In this document: one piece after another, positions 52,520 through 62,360 of the stretch | How the letters are laid out: every line of letters starts with the position of its first letter | How positions within the stretch are numbered: the first letter of the stretch is position 1 | NCBI GenBank assembly: GCA_963736925.1 | Contig: CAVTQP010000001.1 | Span: forward strand, 70,159-134,158 | Length of the DNA: 64,000 bases | DNA from: an uncultured Actinomycetes bacterium | Lineage (GTDB): Bacteria; Actinomycetota; Acidimicrobiia; Acidimicrobiales; CAVTQP01 | Direction: 5' to 3' | Made by a program: the position numbers and the translations under genes | The notes under the pieces: model-generated | Told to the model about the DNA's origin: nothing | Databases searched by the model: none | Seen by the model: the letters and a program-made list of their open reading frames with translations, nothing else

Positions 52520-53816
52520 ACGGGCACCCACCCTCTTTGATGTGAACCAGGAAATCGTCGCGGTACATGGCGAGCGCCGACACTATGGACGGCGGGATCG
52601 ACGGGCCGAGCACACAGATCGTGGTCTGCTGAGGCGGCCAAGACAAACCCGGCGAGATGTTGTCCGACACGTCGAGCAGCAGCTCGAGGTCCTCCTCCCT
52701 CCCCGCCCCGTTCTCGATTCGCCACATGATCTTCTCCAACCACCCGCTGCCCTCCCGGCACGGCGTGCACTGCCCGCACGACTCACGGCGGAAGAATCGG
52801 GTGATCCGCCAGGAGGCGCGCACCACACAGGTGTGATCGTCCATTACCACCACCGATCCCGAACCGAGCATGGACTCCGCGGCGGCGACCGCGTCCTGGC
52901 TGAGCGGCAGGTCGAGGCGGTCAGGCCCGAACCACGGCGACGAGGCGCCCCCGGGGATGAAGGCCTTGACTTCTCGGTCGTGCCTCACGCCCCCTCCCAG
53001 GGAGGGGTCGTAGACGAGGTCACCGAAGGTAGTCTTGGCCATCTCCACCTCGTAGTTACCCGGACGTCTGACATGCCCGGAGAGAGCGAAGAGGCGGGTC
53101 CCCGTCGAGGATCCCTCCCCCAGCGCGGCAAACGCCTCCCCGCCGTGGGTGACGATCCAGGGCAGGTTCGAGACGGTCTCGACGTTGTTGACCAGCGTGG
53201 GTTGGCCGTAGATACCGATCGCCGCGGGGAAGTACGGAGGCTTGATCCGCGGAAAGCCGCGCTTTCCCTCCAGGCTCTCCAGAAGTGCCGTCTCCTCCCC
53301 ACAGATGTACGCGCCTGCCCCCGGGTGCACCACCACGTCGACCGAGAAGCCCGACCCGAAGATGTCCAGCCCCACCGCCCCGTGGTCGTAGGCTTCGTCG
53401 AGGGCTGACTGCATGCGCTCGAGGCCCAGCGCGAACTCGCCCCGCACGTAGATGAACGCCTGGGTCGCCTGGATCGCGTAGGCGGCGATCAGGGTGCCTT
53501 CGATGATCTGGTGGGGATCTCTCTCTATGAGCATGTGGTCCTTGAAGGTGGCGGGCTCGCTCTCGTCGCCGTTGACGACCAGGTAGCGGACCGGGTTCGG
53601 CCGCAGCATCGACCATTTTCGGCCTGCCGGGAACCCGGCCCCGCCGCGACCGAGGAGGCTCGCCGAGCTCACCTCTCGCGCCACCGCCTCGGGGGTCATC
53701 CTCAGGGCCTTCCGGAGGCCGCCGTAGCCACCCGTCGCCAGGTAGCGCTCGATGGTGTGTGAGTCATCGTGCCCGAGGCGCGCGGTGACGATCAGGGGCG
53801 GGCGGCCGACGTTCAC
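52512..53816 (-). CDS. nuoF: NADH-quinone oxidoreductase subunit F
   Basis: 434 aa with ...GRGGAGFPAGRKWS... (FMN/NADH site) and ...ESCGQCTPCREG... (4Fe-4S). Confidence 0.97.
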   Translation of the reverse strand: MNVGRPPLIVTARLGHDDSHTIERYLATGGYGGLRKALRMTPEAVAREVSSASLLGRGGAGFPAGRKWSMLRPNPVRYLVVNGDESEPATFKDHMLIERDPHQIIEGTLIAAYAIQATQAFIYVRGEFALGLERMQSALDEAYDHGAVGLDIFGSGFSVDVVVHPGAGAYICGEETALLESLEGKRGFPRIKPPYFPAAIGIYGQPTLVNNVETVSNLPWIVTHGGEAFAALGEGSSTGTRLFALSGHVRRPGNYEVEMAKTTFGDLVYDPSLGGGVRHDREVKAFIPGGASSPWFGPDRLDLPLSQDAVAAAESMLGSGSVVVMDDHTCVVRASWRITRFFRRESCGQCTPCREGSGWLEKIMWRIENGAGREEDLELLLDVSDNISPGLSWPPQQTTICVLGPSIPPSIVSALAMYRDDFLVHIKEGGCPYD

Positions 53817-53817
53817 C

Positions 53818-54453
53818 TCAGGGCCCCGCCGATGCCGATTGCGAGCGGGCGGCCCGTTCGGCCCGGGCCCTGTCCGAGGCCGCCCGCTCCCGGGTCACGC
53901 GCTCGGGCGCGACCTCGAGCCCGCGCCTTCTGGAGACGCGGCTGAGCACCCCGTGCGCGGGCACCTCGTCGGCCAATTTTCCCGATCTCAGGTCCTCCAG
54001 GAGCGTGTCGAAGTCTTGATGTGTGACCTTGCCGAAGAAGCGGTAGTTGACCTGGATGCAAGGGGCCCGGTCGCAGTCGGCGATGCATTCGGCCTCCTCC
54101 AGGGTGAACTCCCCGTCGGCAGTGGTGCCTCCGGCCTTGACGCCGAGGCGCTCCTCGGCGTGCTCGATCAGCTCGTACCCCCCGTCGAGGAGGCAGGCGA
54201 TGTTGGTGCAGACCGAGATCATGTGCCTCCCGACCGGGCGTGTCCGCAGCATCTCGTAGAAGCTGGCGGTGCCGAGCACCTCTGCCGCCGACATCTCCAA
54301 CAGGTCGGCGATGGCCTCCATGGCCTCGGGTGTGAGCCAGCCGTCCTGGGCCTGGGCGAGGTGGCAGATGGGTATCAACGCCGATCGCCGGTGGGGGTAG
54401 AGCGCGACAAGCGCCGCCGCCCGCTCTGCCGTCTCGGGGTTCAGCCCGGCCAT
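53818..54453 (-). CDS. nuoE: NADH-quinone oxidoreductase subunit E
   Basis: ATG 54453 overlaps the nuoD stop. 211 aa with ...SVCTNIACLL...CIADCDRAPC... (2Fe-2S). Confidence 0.93.
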   Translation of the reverse strand: MAGLNPETAERAAALVALYPHRRSALIPICHLAQAQDGWLTPEAMEAIADLLEMSAAEVLGTASFYEMLRTRPVGRHMISVCTNIACLLDGGYELIEHAEERLGVKAGGTTADGEFTLEEAECIADCDRAPCIQVNYRFFGKVTHQDFDTLLEDLRSGKLADEVPAHGVLSRVSRRRGLEVAPERVTRERAASDRARAERAARSQSASAGP

Positions 54454-55808
54454 CAGCGGTCGACCTCGCCCATGACGGGGTCCGCAGACGAGATCACTGC
54501 GACGGCGTCGGCCACCACGCCGCCTCTCAGCATCGCGGGGAGGCTCTGGAGATTGACGAACGACGGCCCCCTGATGTGCATCCGGTAGGGCTTGGTGGAG
54601 CCGTCGGAAACCATGTAGCAACCCAGCTCCCCGCGTGGTGACTCCACCGCGACGTAGACCTCGCCCTCGGGGACCTTGAACCCGTCCGTGAAGATCTTGA
54701 AGTGGTGGATCAAGGCCTCCATGGACTCGTCTATGCGGGCCCTGGGCGGCGGGGTGACCTTCTTGTCCTGGATGCGGTAGTCACCCTTGGGCATGCGATC
54801 AAGGATCTGGTAGAGGATGCGAACCGACTCCCGCATCTCGTTGAGGCGCACCGCGTAGCGATCGAAGGTGTCGCCATAAGTGCCCACCACCACGTCGAAG
54901 GAGACCTGGTCGTAGAACATGTAGGGCATGTCGCGCCGCAGGTCCCAAGGCAGCCCCGTGGCCCGGAGGATCGGGCCGCTCGCCGACAGGGCCAGCGCCG
55001 CCTCCGTGGAGATCGCGCCGACGCCCTCGCTCCGCTCGCGGAAGATGGGCTGGCCTGTGAAAAGGGAGTCGTACTCGTCTAGCCGAGGCGGGACCATCTC
55101 GAGGATGGCCTCGACATCGTCCTCCCAACCGTCGGGAAGATCGGCGGCCACGCCGCCGGGGCGGATGTAGTTGTGGTTCATGCGGAGACCGGTCGCCTTC
55201 TCGAAGAAGTCGAGGATCGTCTCTCGCTCACGAAAGCCGTAGATCATCATCGAGGTCGCACCCAGGTCCATCCCGTTGGTGGCCATCCACATCAGGTGGG
55301 AGGACAGCCGGTTCAGCTCGCACATGAGCATCCGGATCCAGGTGGATCGCTCCGGAACCTCTATCTCGAGCAGCTTCTCGGTCGCCAACGAGAACACGAG
55401 CTCGTTGTGAAGGGGCGAGAGGTAGTCCATGCGGGTCGTGTTGGTACACCCCTGCAGGAAGGTGAGCTCTTCGGCCGTTCTCTCCATGCCGGTGTGCAGG
55501 TAGCCGATGATGGGCTTGATGCGAAGCACGGTCTCGCCCTCGAGCTCCATCATGAGCCGGAGCACCCCGTGGGTCGACGGGTGCTGGGGCCCCATGTTGA
55601 TGATCATGGTCTCGTCCTCTGAGACCTCGACGTCGATGTCCCCTGGATCGAGGCTCACACCCTCTGGGAGGCGCAGAACCGCACCCTCCTCGAACATCAG
55701 CTCGCCGGGGAGGGTGTCGTGTCGAGCGGCCATCTCTTGGAGGCCCTCGGATGTCTCGGCCACCAAGCGCCTGCCGTCAACCAGGCGGCTCTCGCGGTCC
55801 TCGCTCAC
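54453..55808 (-). CDS. nuoD: NADH-quinone oxidoreductase subunit D
   Basis: 451 aa with ...MIINMGPQHPSTHGVLRLMMELEGE... Confidence 0.97.
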   Translation of the reverse strand: MSEDRESRLVDGRRLVAETSEGLQEMAARHDTLPGELMFEEGAVLRLPEGVSLDPGDIDVEVSEDETMIINMGPQHPSTHGVLRLMMELEGETVLRIKPIIGYLHTGMERTAEELTFLQGCTNTTRMDYLSPLHNELVFSLATEKLLEIEVPERSTWIRMLMCELNRLSSHLMWMATNGMDLGATSMMIYGFRERETILDFFEKATGLRMNHNYIRPGGVAADLPDGWEDDVEAILEMVPPRLDEYDSLFTGQPIFRERSEGVGAISTEAALALSASGPILRATGLPWDLRRDMPYMFYDQVSFDVVVGTYGDTFDRYAVRLNEMRESVRILYQILDRMPKGDYRIQDKKVTPPPRARIDESMEALIHHFKIFTDGFKVPEGEVYVAVESPRGELGCYMVSDGSTKPYRMHIRGPSFVNLQSLPAMLRGGVVADAVAVISSADPVMGEVDR

Positions 55809-55812
55809 GTCC

Positions 55813-56325
55813 TCACCTAGGCCCGGGCGCAGCCTTGAACTGGATCGGGACCCTCCCGGCCGAATAGTCCTTGCGCAGCGGATGCCCCTCCCAATCCTCG
55901 GGCATGAGGATGCGGGTCATGTCTGGGTGGCCTTCGAAGCGTATGCCGAACAGGTCGAAGGCCTCCCGTTCCATCGCCTCAGAGCCGGGGTAGAGCCAGA
56001 ACAGGGTGGGCACGGCTGGGTCGGCTTGGGGAACCTGGACCCTGATCCGGAGGCGCTGTCGCGACGACATGGACAACAGGTTGACCACGATCTCGAAGCG
56101 ACCGGGTTGCAGCCCTGGCGGCAGCGCCCGACGACCGCCGTGGGTGAGGTAGTCGACCGCGCACAGGTCCGCCAGGTAGTTGAAGCCGTCCTCTCTCAGA
56201 GAGCGGGCCAGGTCCAGGTACTGGGAACGGTCGGGATGGACGACCTTGTCGCCTTGGGACCAAGTCACGGGGACGCCGTGGATTCTCTCGTCATCCGCGA
56301 CCCGCCGGGTTCCCTCCGCGCTCAA
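55813..56325 (-). CDS. nuoC: NADH-quinone oxidoreductase subunit C
   Basis: The TTG at 56325 overlaps the nuoB stop (TTGA). 170 aa with ...[43 protein letters not shown]... The start choice is the least certain of the nuo genes. Confidence 0.85.
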   Translation of the reverse strand: MSAEGTRRVADDERIHGVPVTWSQGDKVVHPDRSQYLDLARSLREDGFNYLADLCAVDYLTHGGRRALPPGLQPGRFEIVVNLLSMSSRQRLRIRVQVPQADPAVPTLFWLYPGSEAMEREAFDLFGIRFEGHPDMTRILMPEDWEGHPLRKDYSAGRVPIQFKAAPGPR

Positions 56326-56879
56326 CGGGGAGTTCCCACGTTCACCCGCTGGGCTGCGTCGATGGAGTCGTCCAAGGAGATGTGGGCCCCTGCGCCGGTC
56401 TCCTCGCGGCGTCGGGTGATCTCGCCGGTGCGGATCTTTTCGTGCAGGGTAAGGATCGAATGCAACAGGGTCTCCGGGCCTGGCGGGCAGCCGGGGGCGT
56501 ACACGTCCACGGGCACCACCTGGTCCACTCCCTGGACTATGGCGTAGTTGTTGAACATGCCTCCGGTGGACGCGCACACGCCCATTGAGATGACCCATTT
56601 GGGCTCCATCATCTGGTCGTACACCTGACGCAGGACCGGCGCCATCTTCTGAGCGACCCGGCCCGCCACGATCATGAGATCTGCTTGGCGGGGCGAGGCC
56701 CTGAACACCTCCATCCCGAAGCGGCTGAGGTCGAAGTCCGCCGCCCCGGTGGCCATCATCTCGATGGCACAGCATGCCAACCCGAAGGTTGCAGGCCACA
56801 CGCTGTTGCGGCGAGCCCACTTCACGAGGTTCTCGAGGTTGCCCGTCAGGAAGTTGTGGTTGAGGTTCTCCAACCCCAC
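56322..56879 (-). CDS. nuoB: NADH-quinone oxidoreductase subunit B
   Basis: 185 aa with ...[17 protein letters not shown]...[13 protein letters not shown]...DVYAPGCPP... Confidence 0.97.
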   Translation of the reverse strand: MGLENLNHNFLTGNLENLVKWARRNSVWPATFGLACCAIEMMATGAADFDLSRFGMEVFRASPRQADLMIVAGRVAQKMAPVLRQVYDQMMEPKWVISMGVCASTGGMFNNYAIVQGVDQVVPVDVYAPGCPPGPETLLHSILTLHEKIRTGEITRRREETGAGAHISLDDSIDAAQRVNVGTPR

Positions 56880-56959
56880 GGGCGATGCCTCCCTCCTGTC
56901 AGTTCCAAAGCCGCTCTTCAGCCGGCCCCAAGAGCCGCTCCTCGGTCCGCCCGGCGGCC

Positions 56960-57415
56960 CTATGCCGCTTCGTCGGTCGAGGCTCCATAGCGGCGCACCG
57001 TGCTCTGGGTGGTCCTACCCGTGACGAACTCCGTGCTAGGGCGGAAGCGCTTCGCCGGTCCCCAATCCAGAGCCCCATTTCGGATCAGATAGATGAAAGC
57101 CACGAAGACGACGACGGCGAACACGATCATCTCGACGAGGCCGAAGACCTGCAGCTGGTCGAACAGCACCGCCCACGGATACAGGAAGATGATCTCGATG
57201 TCGAAGATGATGAAGATCATCGCGACGAGGTAGAAGCGCACGGGGAACCGCTGAGTGGGCTCTTTGTCGGGAACGATCCCGCACTCGTATGGTGCCTCCT
57301 TGGCCGCCGTCGACCTGGCGGGGGCCATGATCTTGGAAGCGACGTAGGACAGTGCCGCGAACGCGCCGGCCAAGGCGACCATCACGAAGATCGGCAGGTA
57401 GTTGTCCAGCGGCAT
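56960..57415 (-). CDS. nuoA: NADH-quinone oxidoreductase subunit A
   Basis: 151 aa with ...[45 protein letters not shown]... Confidence 0.95.
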   Translation of the reverse strand: MPLDNYLPIFVMVALAGAFAALSYVASKIMAPARSTAAKEAPYECGIVPDKEPTQRFPVRFYLVAMIFIIFDIEIIFLYPWAVLFDQLQVFGLVEMIVFAVVVFVAFIYLIRNGALDWGPAKRFRPSTEFVTGRTTQSTVRRYGASTDEAA

Positions 57416-57516
57416 ACTCGACCGGTTTTACCACGGGGTCCTGGTCAGGGGCACATCAAGGGCCGGCCGGCCGCGACCGGGCGTGAAGGACGCCTACTCT
57501 TCTTCTGACTACGGAG

Positions 57517-58776
57517 GTGGCATTGGGCAAAGCGCCCTCGCACGAGGTGGTGGTGGTGGGATCCGGGCCGTCGGGGGCGTCATGCGCCTACTGGTTGGCC
57601 CGGGCGGGGCATGACGTCGCGGTGGTGGAGAAGAAGCGCTTCCCTCGGGAGAAGACCTGCGGTGACGGTCTCACCCCTCGAGCCGTGGCCCAGCTGGAGA
57701 GCATGGGCCTCGGAGACGAGCTGGACCGCTATCACCGCTACGTCGGACTCCGTTCCATGGCCTTCGGCCGGGTGATGGAGCTCGAGTGGCCGGACCATCC
57801 CGACCTCCCCAGGCACGGCTACGTGGTGACCCGACATGACCTCGATCAGCTCGTGGCCGAAAGGGCGGTCAAGGCCGGCGCCGTCCTCATCGAGGGTGCA
57901 GAGGCGACCGAGCCGCTCCTGGAGGGGGAAAGGTGCCGGGGCGCGCTCGTCAAGAGGTCTGCGGGCGGGCCTCCCGAGGAGATCCGGTGCAGCTTCTTGG
58001 TGGTCGCCGACGGGGCCAACTCCCGTTTTGGACGGTCCCTCGGCACCGAGAGGAACAGGTCCTGGCCTCAGGGAATGGCGATACGCGGGTACTTCCGCTC
58101 GCCCCGGGACCGGGATCCCTGGATCGAGTCGCACCTCGACATCCGGGACGCCAAGGGAAAGGTGGTGCCAGGCTACGGGTGGATCTTTCCCCTGGGCGAC
58201 GGCAGGGTGAACGTGGGCGTCGGTCTCCTTTCGACGTTTCACAGGTGGAAAGAGGTGAACACCTCGGTCCTCATGGACGCCTTCGTCGACTGGGCTCCCC
58301 GGTCATGGGAACTGTCGCCTGGCGGGGCTTGCGGCCCGCCCACCGGAGGCCGCCTGCCGATGGGCTTTTCGGTCCGACCCAGGGTGGGGCCCTCGCACCT
58401 GGTCGTGGGCGACGCAGGATCCTCGATCAACCCGTTCAACGGCGAGGGCATCGCCTATGCATACGAGACCGGACGCCTCGCCGCATCCGTCCTCGCCGAG
58501 GCCATGGCCGCCTCCGACGCCTCGGTGCTCCAGAGCTACGAGTCCCGCCTGATCGAGGAGTACGGGCTCTACTACAAGGTTGCGCGCGCCTTTGTGAGGG
58601 TGATCGGAAAGCCCAACCTCATGAAGGCTCTGGTTGGTACCGGCATGCACAGCCGCAGCTTGATGGAGTGGGCGATGCGCATCATGGCCAATGTCTTGCG
58701 ACCCGAAGAGCTGGGTCCCGCCGAGGCCGCGTACCGGGCCCTCGCGGGAATCGCCCGGCTGGCACCCGAGGGTTGA
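57517..58776 (+). CDS. Geranylgeranyl reductase family FAD-dependent oxidoreductase
   Basis: 419 aa with Rossmann motif VVVVGSGPSGASCAYWLARAGHDVAVVEKK and CGDGLTP. Divergent from nuoA. The start may be TTG 57523 (GGAGG 5 nt upstream) rather than GTG 57517. Confidence 0.85.
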   Translation: MALGKAPSHEVVVVGSGPSGASCAYWLARAGHDVAVVEKKRFPREKTCGDGLTPRAVAQLESMGLGDELDRYHRYVGLRSMAFGRVMELEWPDHPDLPRHGYVVTRHDLDQLVAERAVKAGAVLIEGAEATEPLLEGERCRGALVKRSAGGPPEEIRCSFLVVADGANSRFGRSLGTERNRSWPQGMAIRGYFRSPRDRDPWIESHLDIRDAKGKVVPGYGWIFPLGDGRVNVGVGLLSTFHRWKEVNTSVLMDAFVDWAPRSWELSPGGACGPPTGGRLPMGFSVRPRVGPSHLVVGDAGSSINPFNGEGIAYAYETGRLAASVLAEAMAASDASVLQSYESRLIEEYGLYYKVARAFVRVIGKPNLMKALVGTGMHSRSLMEWAMRIMANVLRPEELGPAEAAYRALAGIARLAPEG

Positions 58777-58784
58777 GCGAGCCT

Positions 58785-60090
58785 TCACCGATGCCGCGCC
58801 GCCCGGCGCCCGGCCCTTCCGCTCACCTCAACCCTGTGCAACCCGCAAAAGGGGCGCAGGACCTCTGGGACCACGAAGGCCCCCTCCTCCTGGTAGTGCT
58901 CGAAGAGGAAGACCAGGGTCCTGCCTACGGCACATGCCGTGCCGTTGAGAGTGTGGACGAGGCGGGTTCCGCCCTCGTACCGAAATCGCGTCCGTAGCCG
59001 CCGCGCCGAATAGTCCGTGTAGTTGGAACAAGAGGTCAGCTCCCTGTAACGACCCTCTGACGGCAGCCACACCTCGATGTCGAGCTTCTTGGCGGCAGGT
59101 GCACCCAGTTCGGCCGCGGCGATGTTGACCACCCGATACGGCAATCCGAGATCGGCAACCAGTGATTCCTCGATCGCCAGCAGATGCTCGTGCTCTTGGA
59201 CCGATCCGTCGGGGTGCGCATAGGAGAACATCTCCACCTTGTCGAACTGGTGGACGCGAAATATGCCCCGCGTGTCCCTGCCGTAGGTTCCCGCCTCACG
59301 CCGGAAGCACGTCGAGAACCCGGCATAACGGACAGGAAGCTCCTCTTCTTCCAGGATCTCCTCCGATTGGAGGCTTGACAGGGGCACCTCGCTCGTCCCG
59401 ACGAGGTAGAGGTCTTCGCCGGGTTCGCCTGCAGCTTCCCCCTCCGCTCTGCCCACCGCGTAGACCTGGTTGCGGTCGGTGGGGAAGAAGCCGGCTTCCT
59501 CCATCGTCCTGCTCCGCACCAGAACCGGAGGAACGACCGGGGCGAACCCCTCGTCCGCCAACCGGGCCATCGCCCACTGGACCAGGGCCAGCTCTACCAA
59601 GACCGCCTCGTTGGTGAGGAAAGCGAAACGTGAGCCGCTCACGCGCCGCCCGGCGGGTGTCCACGAAGCCCATTGCCTCCCCGAAGTCGGCGTGGTCCAG
59701 GGGAGGCGGCTCGGGAAGCTCCCCGGACGCCTTGAGCACCTCGCTTTGGTCCTCGCCTCCTTCGGGGACCGAGGCGTCAGCGGGGTTGGGAACCGAGAGG
59801 GCCAGCTCTTCGAGCCGGGCGTCGAGCGCGGCCAGGTCGGGCTCCAGGCGCGAGAGCTCCTGTTTCAATGCGCCGGCCGCTTGGATCTTCGCCGGTCGCT
59901 CCTCCGGGCCGGCTCTACCGATCTCCTTGGAGGTCGAGTTGCGCCGGGAGCGAACCTCCTCTACCCGCGAGACCAAGGTGCGGCGCGCTTCGTCCAGCCT
60001 GGCGAGCTCGTCGAGGAGGGAACGGTCGATCCCCTTCTTGAGGATCCCTTGGCGGTAGCTCTCGTCCCCCAGGCTGCGAAGGTCTATCAA
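58785..60090 (-). pseudogene. serS: Seryl-tRNA synthetase with an apparent frameshift near 59638-59645
   Basis: The N-terminal coiled-coil arm and start of the catalytic domain are in ORF 59296..60090 (...PPLDHADFGEAMGFVDTRRAAR). The rest is in ORF 58785..59642 in another frame ((V)SGSRFAFLTNEAVLVELALVQWA...GTSEVPL...FRREAG...). Span is 1306 nt (mod 3 = 1). The TTG start overlaps the hemL stop (TTGA). Confidence 0.85.
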
Positions 60091-61374
60091 CGACCGTCCC
60101 CGGCGAGCGCCGCAGCGGCGGCGGACGCCGCCTCCACCGTCGTCTCGATGTCGCCCTCGGTATGGGACAGGCTGGGGAACAGGGCCTCGAAGGGACCGGG
60201 GGGAAGCGCCACACCACCTTCGAGCATGGCGTGGAAGAACCCTGGGTAGATCCCGTTGGCGACTCCGGCGCGGGCACCGTCGTAGTCGATCACCGGTTCG
60301 GGCCCGAAGGACAAGCCCATCAAAGACCCGACCACAGGCGCCTGCACGGCCAGCCCCGACCCGCCCACGGCCTTTCGCAACCGATCAGCCAGGTCTTGGA
60401 CCAAGGCGGCCAGATCTGCGTACGCGGCGGCGTCGAGGCGTTCGAGGACCGCCAGCCCTGCGGCCGTCGCCAACGGGTTACCCGACAGCGTGCCCGCCTG
60501 GTAAACGGTGCCGACCGGCGCCAGCACCTCCATCACCTCGCGGGCGCCACCGAAGGCCCCCACCGGTAGGCCTCCTCCGATCACCTTTCCAAAGCACCAT
60601 AGGTCCGGCACGACGCCGAACATCTCGGTCGCTCCGCCCCGTCGCAACCTGAAGCCGGTGATCACCTCGTCGAAGATCAACAGCGCGCCGACTGAGTCGC
60701 ACGCCTGGCGCAGACCCTCCAAGAAGCCGGGGAGGGGCGGGACCAGGCCCATGTTCGCCGCCACCGGCTCGACGATGACACAGGCGACCTCCTCGTCGAT
60801 GTCTGGAACCCGGTTGTAGGGAACCACGACCGTATCGGCCACCGCCGAGGCGGGTACCCCCGCCGAGTCCGGCAGTCCGAGAGTGGCCACCCCGCTTCCC
60901 CCTCCCGCCAGTAATCCATCGCTGTGCCCGTGATAGCAACCCGCGAACTTCACCAATCGGTCACGGCCTGTGCAGCCGCGAGCCACCCGTATCGCGCTTC
61001 ATCGCGGCCTCCGTGCCGCTCGAGGTGAGCCTCACCTCCTCGCACCCGGGCACCGAGTCGCAGATCGCCTCGGCCAGGAGCACCTCAGACTCGGTGGGCG
61101 CTCCATAGGTGGTGCCCTTGCCCGCAGCCTGGCGCACCGCCTCGACGACGGACGGATGTGCGTGACCCAGGATCGACGCGCCGTATGACTGCACGTAGTC
61201 GATCAGCTCGCGGCCCTCGGAATCCCACACCCGCGACCCCTTTGCTCGGCTCACGAAGTAGGGCTCCCCCCCGACCGCGTTGAAGGCGCGCACAGGGGAG
61301 TTGACCCCGCCCGGAATCACGATGCGGGCCCGATCGAACAGGCCGGGGCGGGCGGGTTCTTCGCCCTCACCCAT
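60087..61374 (-). pseudogene. hemL: Glutamate-1-semialdehyde 2,1-aminomutase with an apparent +1 frameshift near 60998-60999
   Basis: ORF 60961..61374 holds the N-terminus (...IPGGVNSPVRAF...RLTSSGTEAAM). ORF 60087..60986 holds the rest ((SAIR)VARGCTGRDRLVKFAGCYHGHSDGLL...). The frames differ. Span is 1288 nt (mod 3 = 1). Confidence 0.85.
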
Positions 61375-62356
61375 TGAGGACCTCGGCCAGCTCCCCGGCG
61401 AAGTAGGAAACTACGAGGTCGGCCCCGGCCCGTTTGATGGCGATGGTGTGTTCGAGAGCTACGGCCGAGCCGTCGATCCAACCCCGCTCCGACGCGGCCT
61501 TGACCATGGCGTACTCGCCACTCACGTTGTAGGCGGCCACCGGCTGGTCCACTGCCTCGCGCACCGCGGCGATCACGTCCAGATAGGACAGCGCGGGCTT
61601 GACCATCACGACGTCGGCGCCCTCGGCTGCGTCGAGGCGGACCTCGGCCAGGGCCTCGCGCGCGTTCCTCGGATCCTGCTGGTAGCCGCGGCGGTCGCCA
61701 CCTCCAAGGATCGCGACGTCTACCGCTTCACGGAAGGGCCCGTAAAGCGCCGAGGCGTACTTGGCGGCATAGGCCAGGATGCCCACGTCGGAGAAGCCCG
61801 AACCGTCCAGTGCCCTCCGTATGGCGGCCACCTGGCCGTCCATCATCCCGCTCGGCGCCACCAGGTCGGCGCCGGCCTGTGCTTGGGCCACCGCCACCTT
61901 GGCGTAGAGGTCGAGGGTAGCGTCGTTGTCGACCTGGCCGTAGCGGTCCAGCACTCCGCAGTGCCCGTGGTCCGTGTACTCGTCGAGGCACAGGTCGGGG
62001 ATGAGCACCATCTCCTCGGCCAACTCCTCGCGAAGCTCTCGCATCGCCGCCTGGACCACTCCCTGGGGAGCCCAAGCCTGGGAGCCCTGCACATCCTTCG
62101 TGGCCGGGACGCCGAACAACAACACGGCCGGCACACCGAGCGACGACAGCCGGCGAGCCTCCTTGACCAAAGAAGCCCGCGTGTGCTGGACCACGCCCGG
62201 AAGCGACTCCACCGGCCGCGGCTGGGGGATTCCGTCGGCGACGAACAACGGTGCGACCAGGTCGTCGACCGACACGCGGGCCTCGGCGACCATTCGCCGT
62301 AGGACCGGGGTCCGACGCAACCTGCGCAGGCGCCGAGCCGGAAAGCTCATCCCCAC
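61367..62356 (-). CDS. hemB: Porphobilinogen synthase (delta-aminolevulinate dehydratase)
   Basis: 329 aa with ...RRLRRTPVLRRMV...DLCLDEYTDHGHCGVL...VAPSGMMDGQV...VMVKPALSYLDVI... (active-site Lys region). Confidence 0.95.
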   Translation of the reverse strand: MGMSFPARRLRRLRRTPVLRRMVAEARVSVDDLVAPLFVADGIPQPRPVESLPGVVQHTRASLVKEARRLSSLGVPAVLLFGVPATKDVQGSQAWAPQGVVQAAMRELREELAEEMVLIPDLCLDEYTDHGHCGVLDRYGQVDNDATLDLYAKVAVAQAQAGADLVAPSGMMDGQVAAIRRALDGSGFSDVGILAYAAKYASALYGPFREAVDVAILGGGDRRGYQQDPRNAREALAEVRLDAAEGADVVMVKPALSYLDVIAAVREAVDQPVAAYNVSGEYAMVKAASERGWIDGSAVALEHTIAIKRAGADLVVSYFAGELAEVLNG

Positions 62357-62360
62357 CAGC

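Noticed and set aside
39752-61374. Programmed ribosomal frameshifting as an explanation for the acs, serS and hemL frame changes.
   Set aside because: None of the three sites has a slippery heptamer, an RF2-like CUU-UGA context with an upstream SD, or an obvious downstream stimulatory structure. The required shifts differ (-1, +1/-2, +1).
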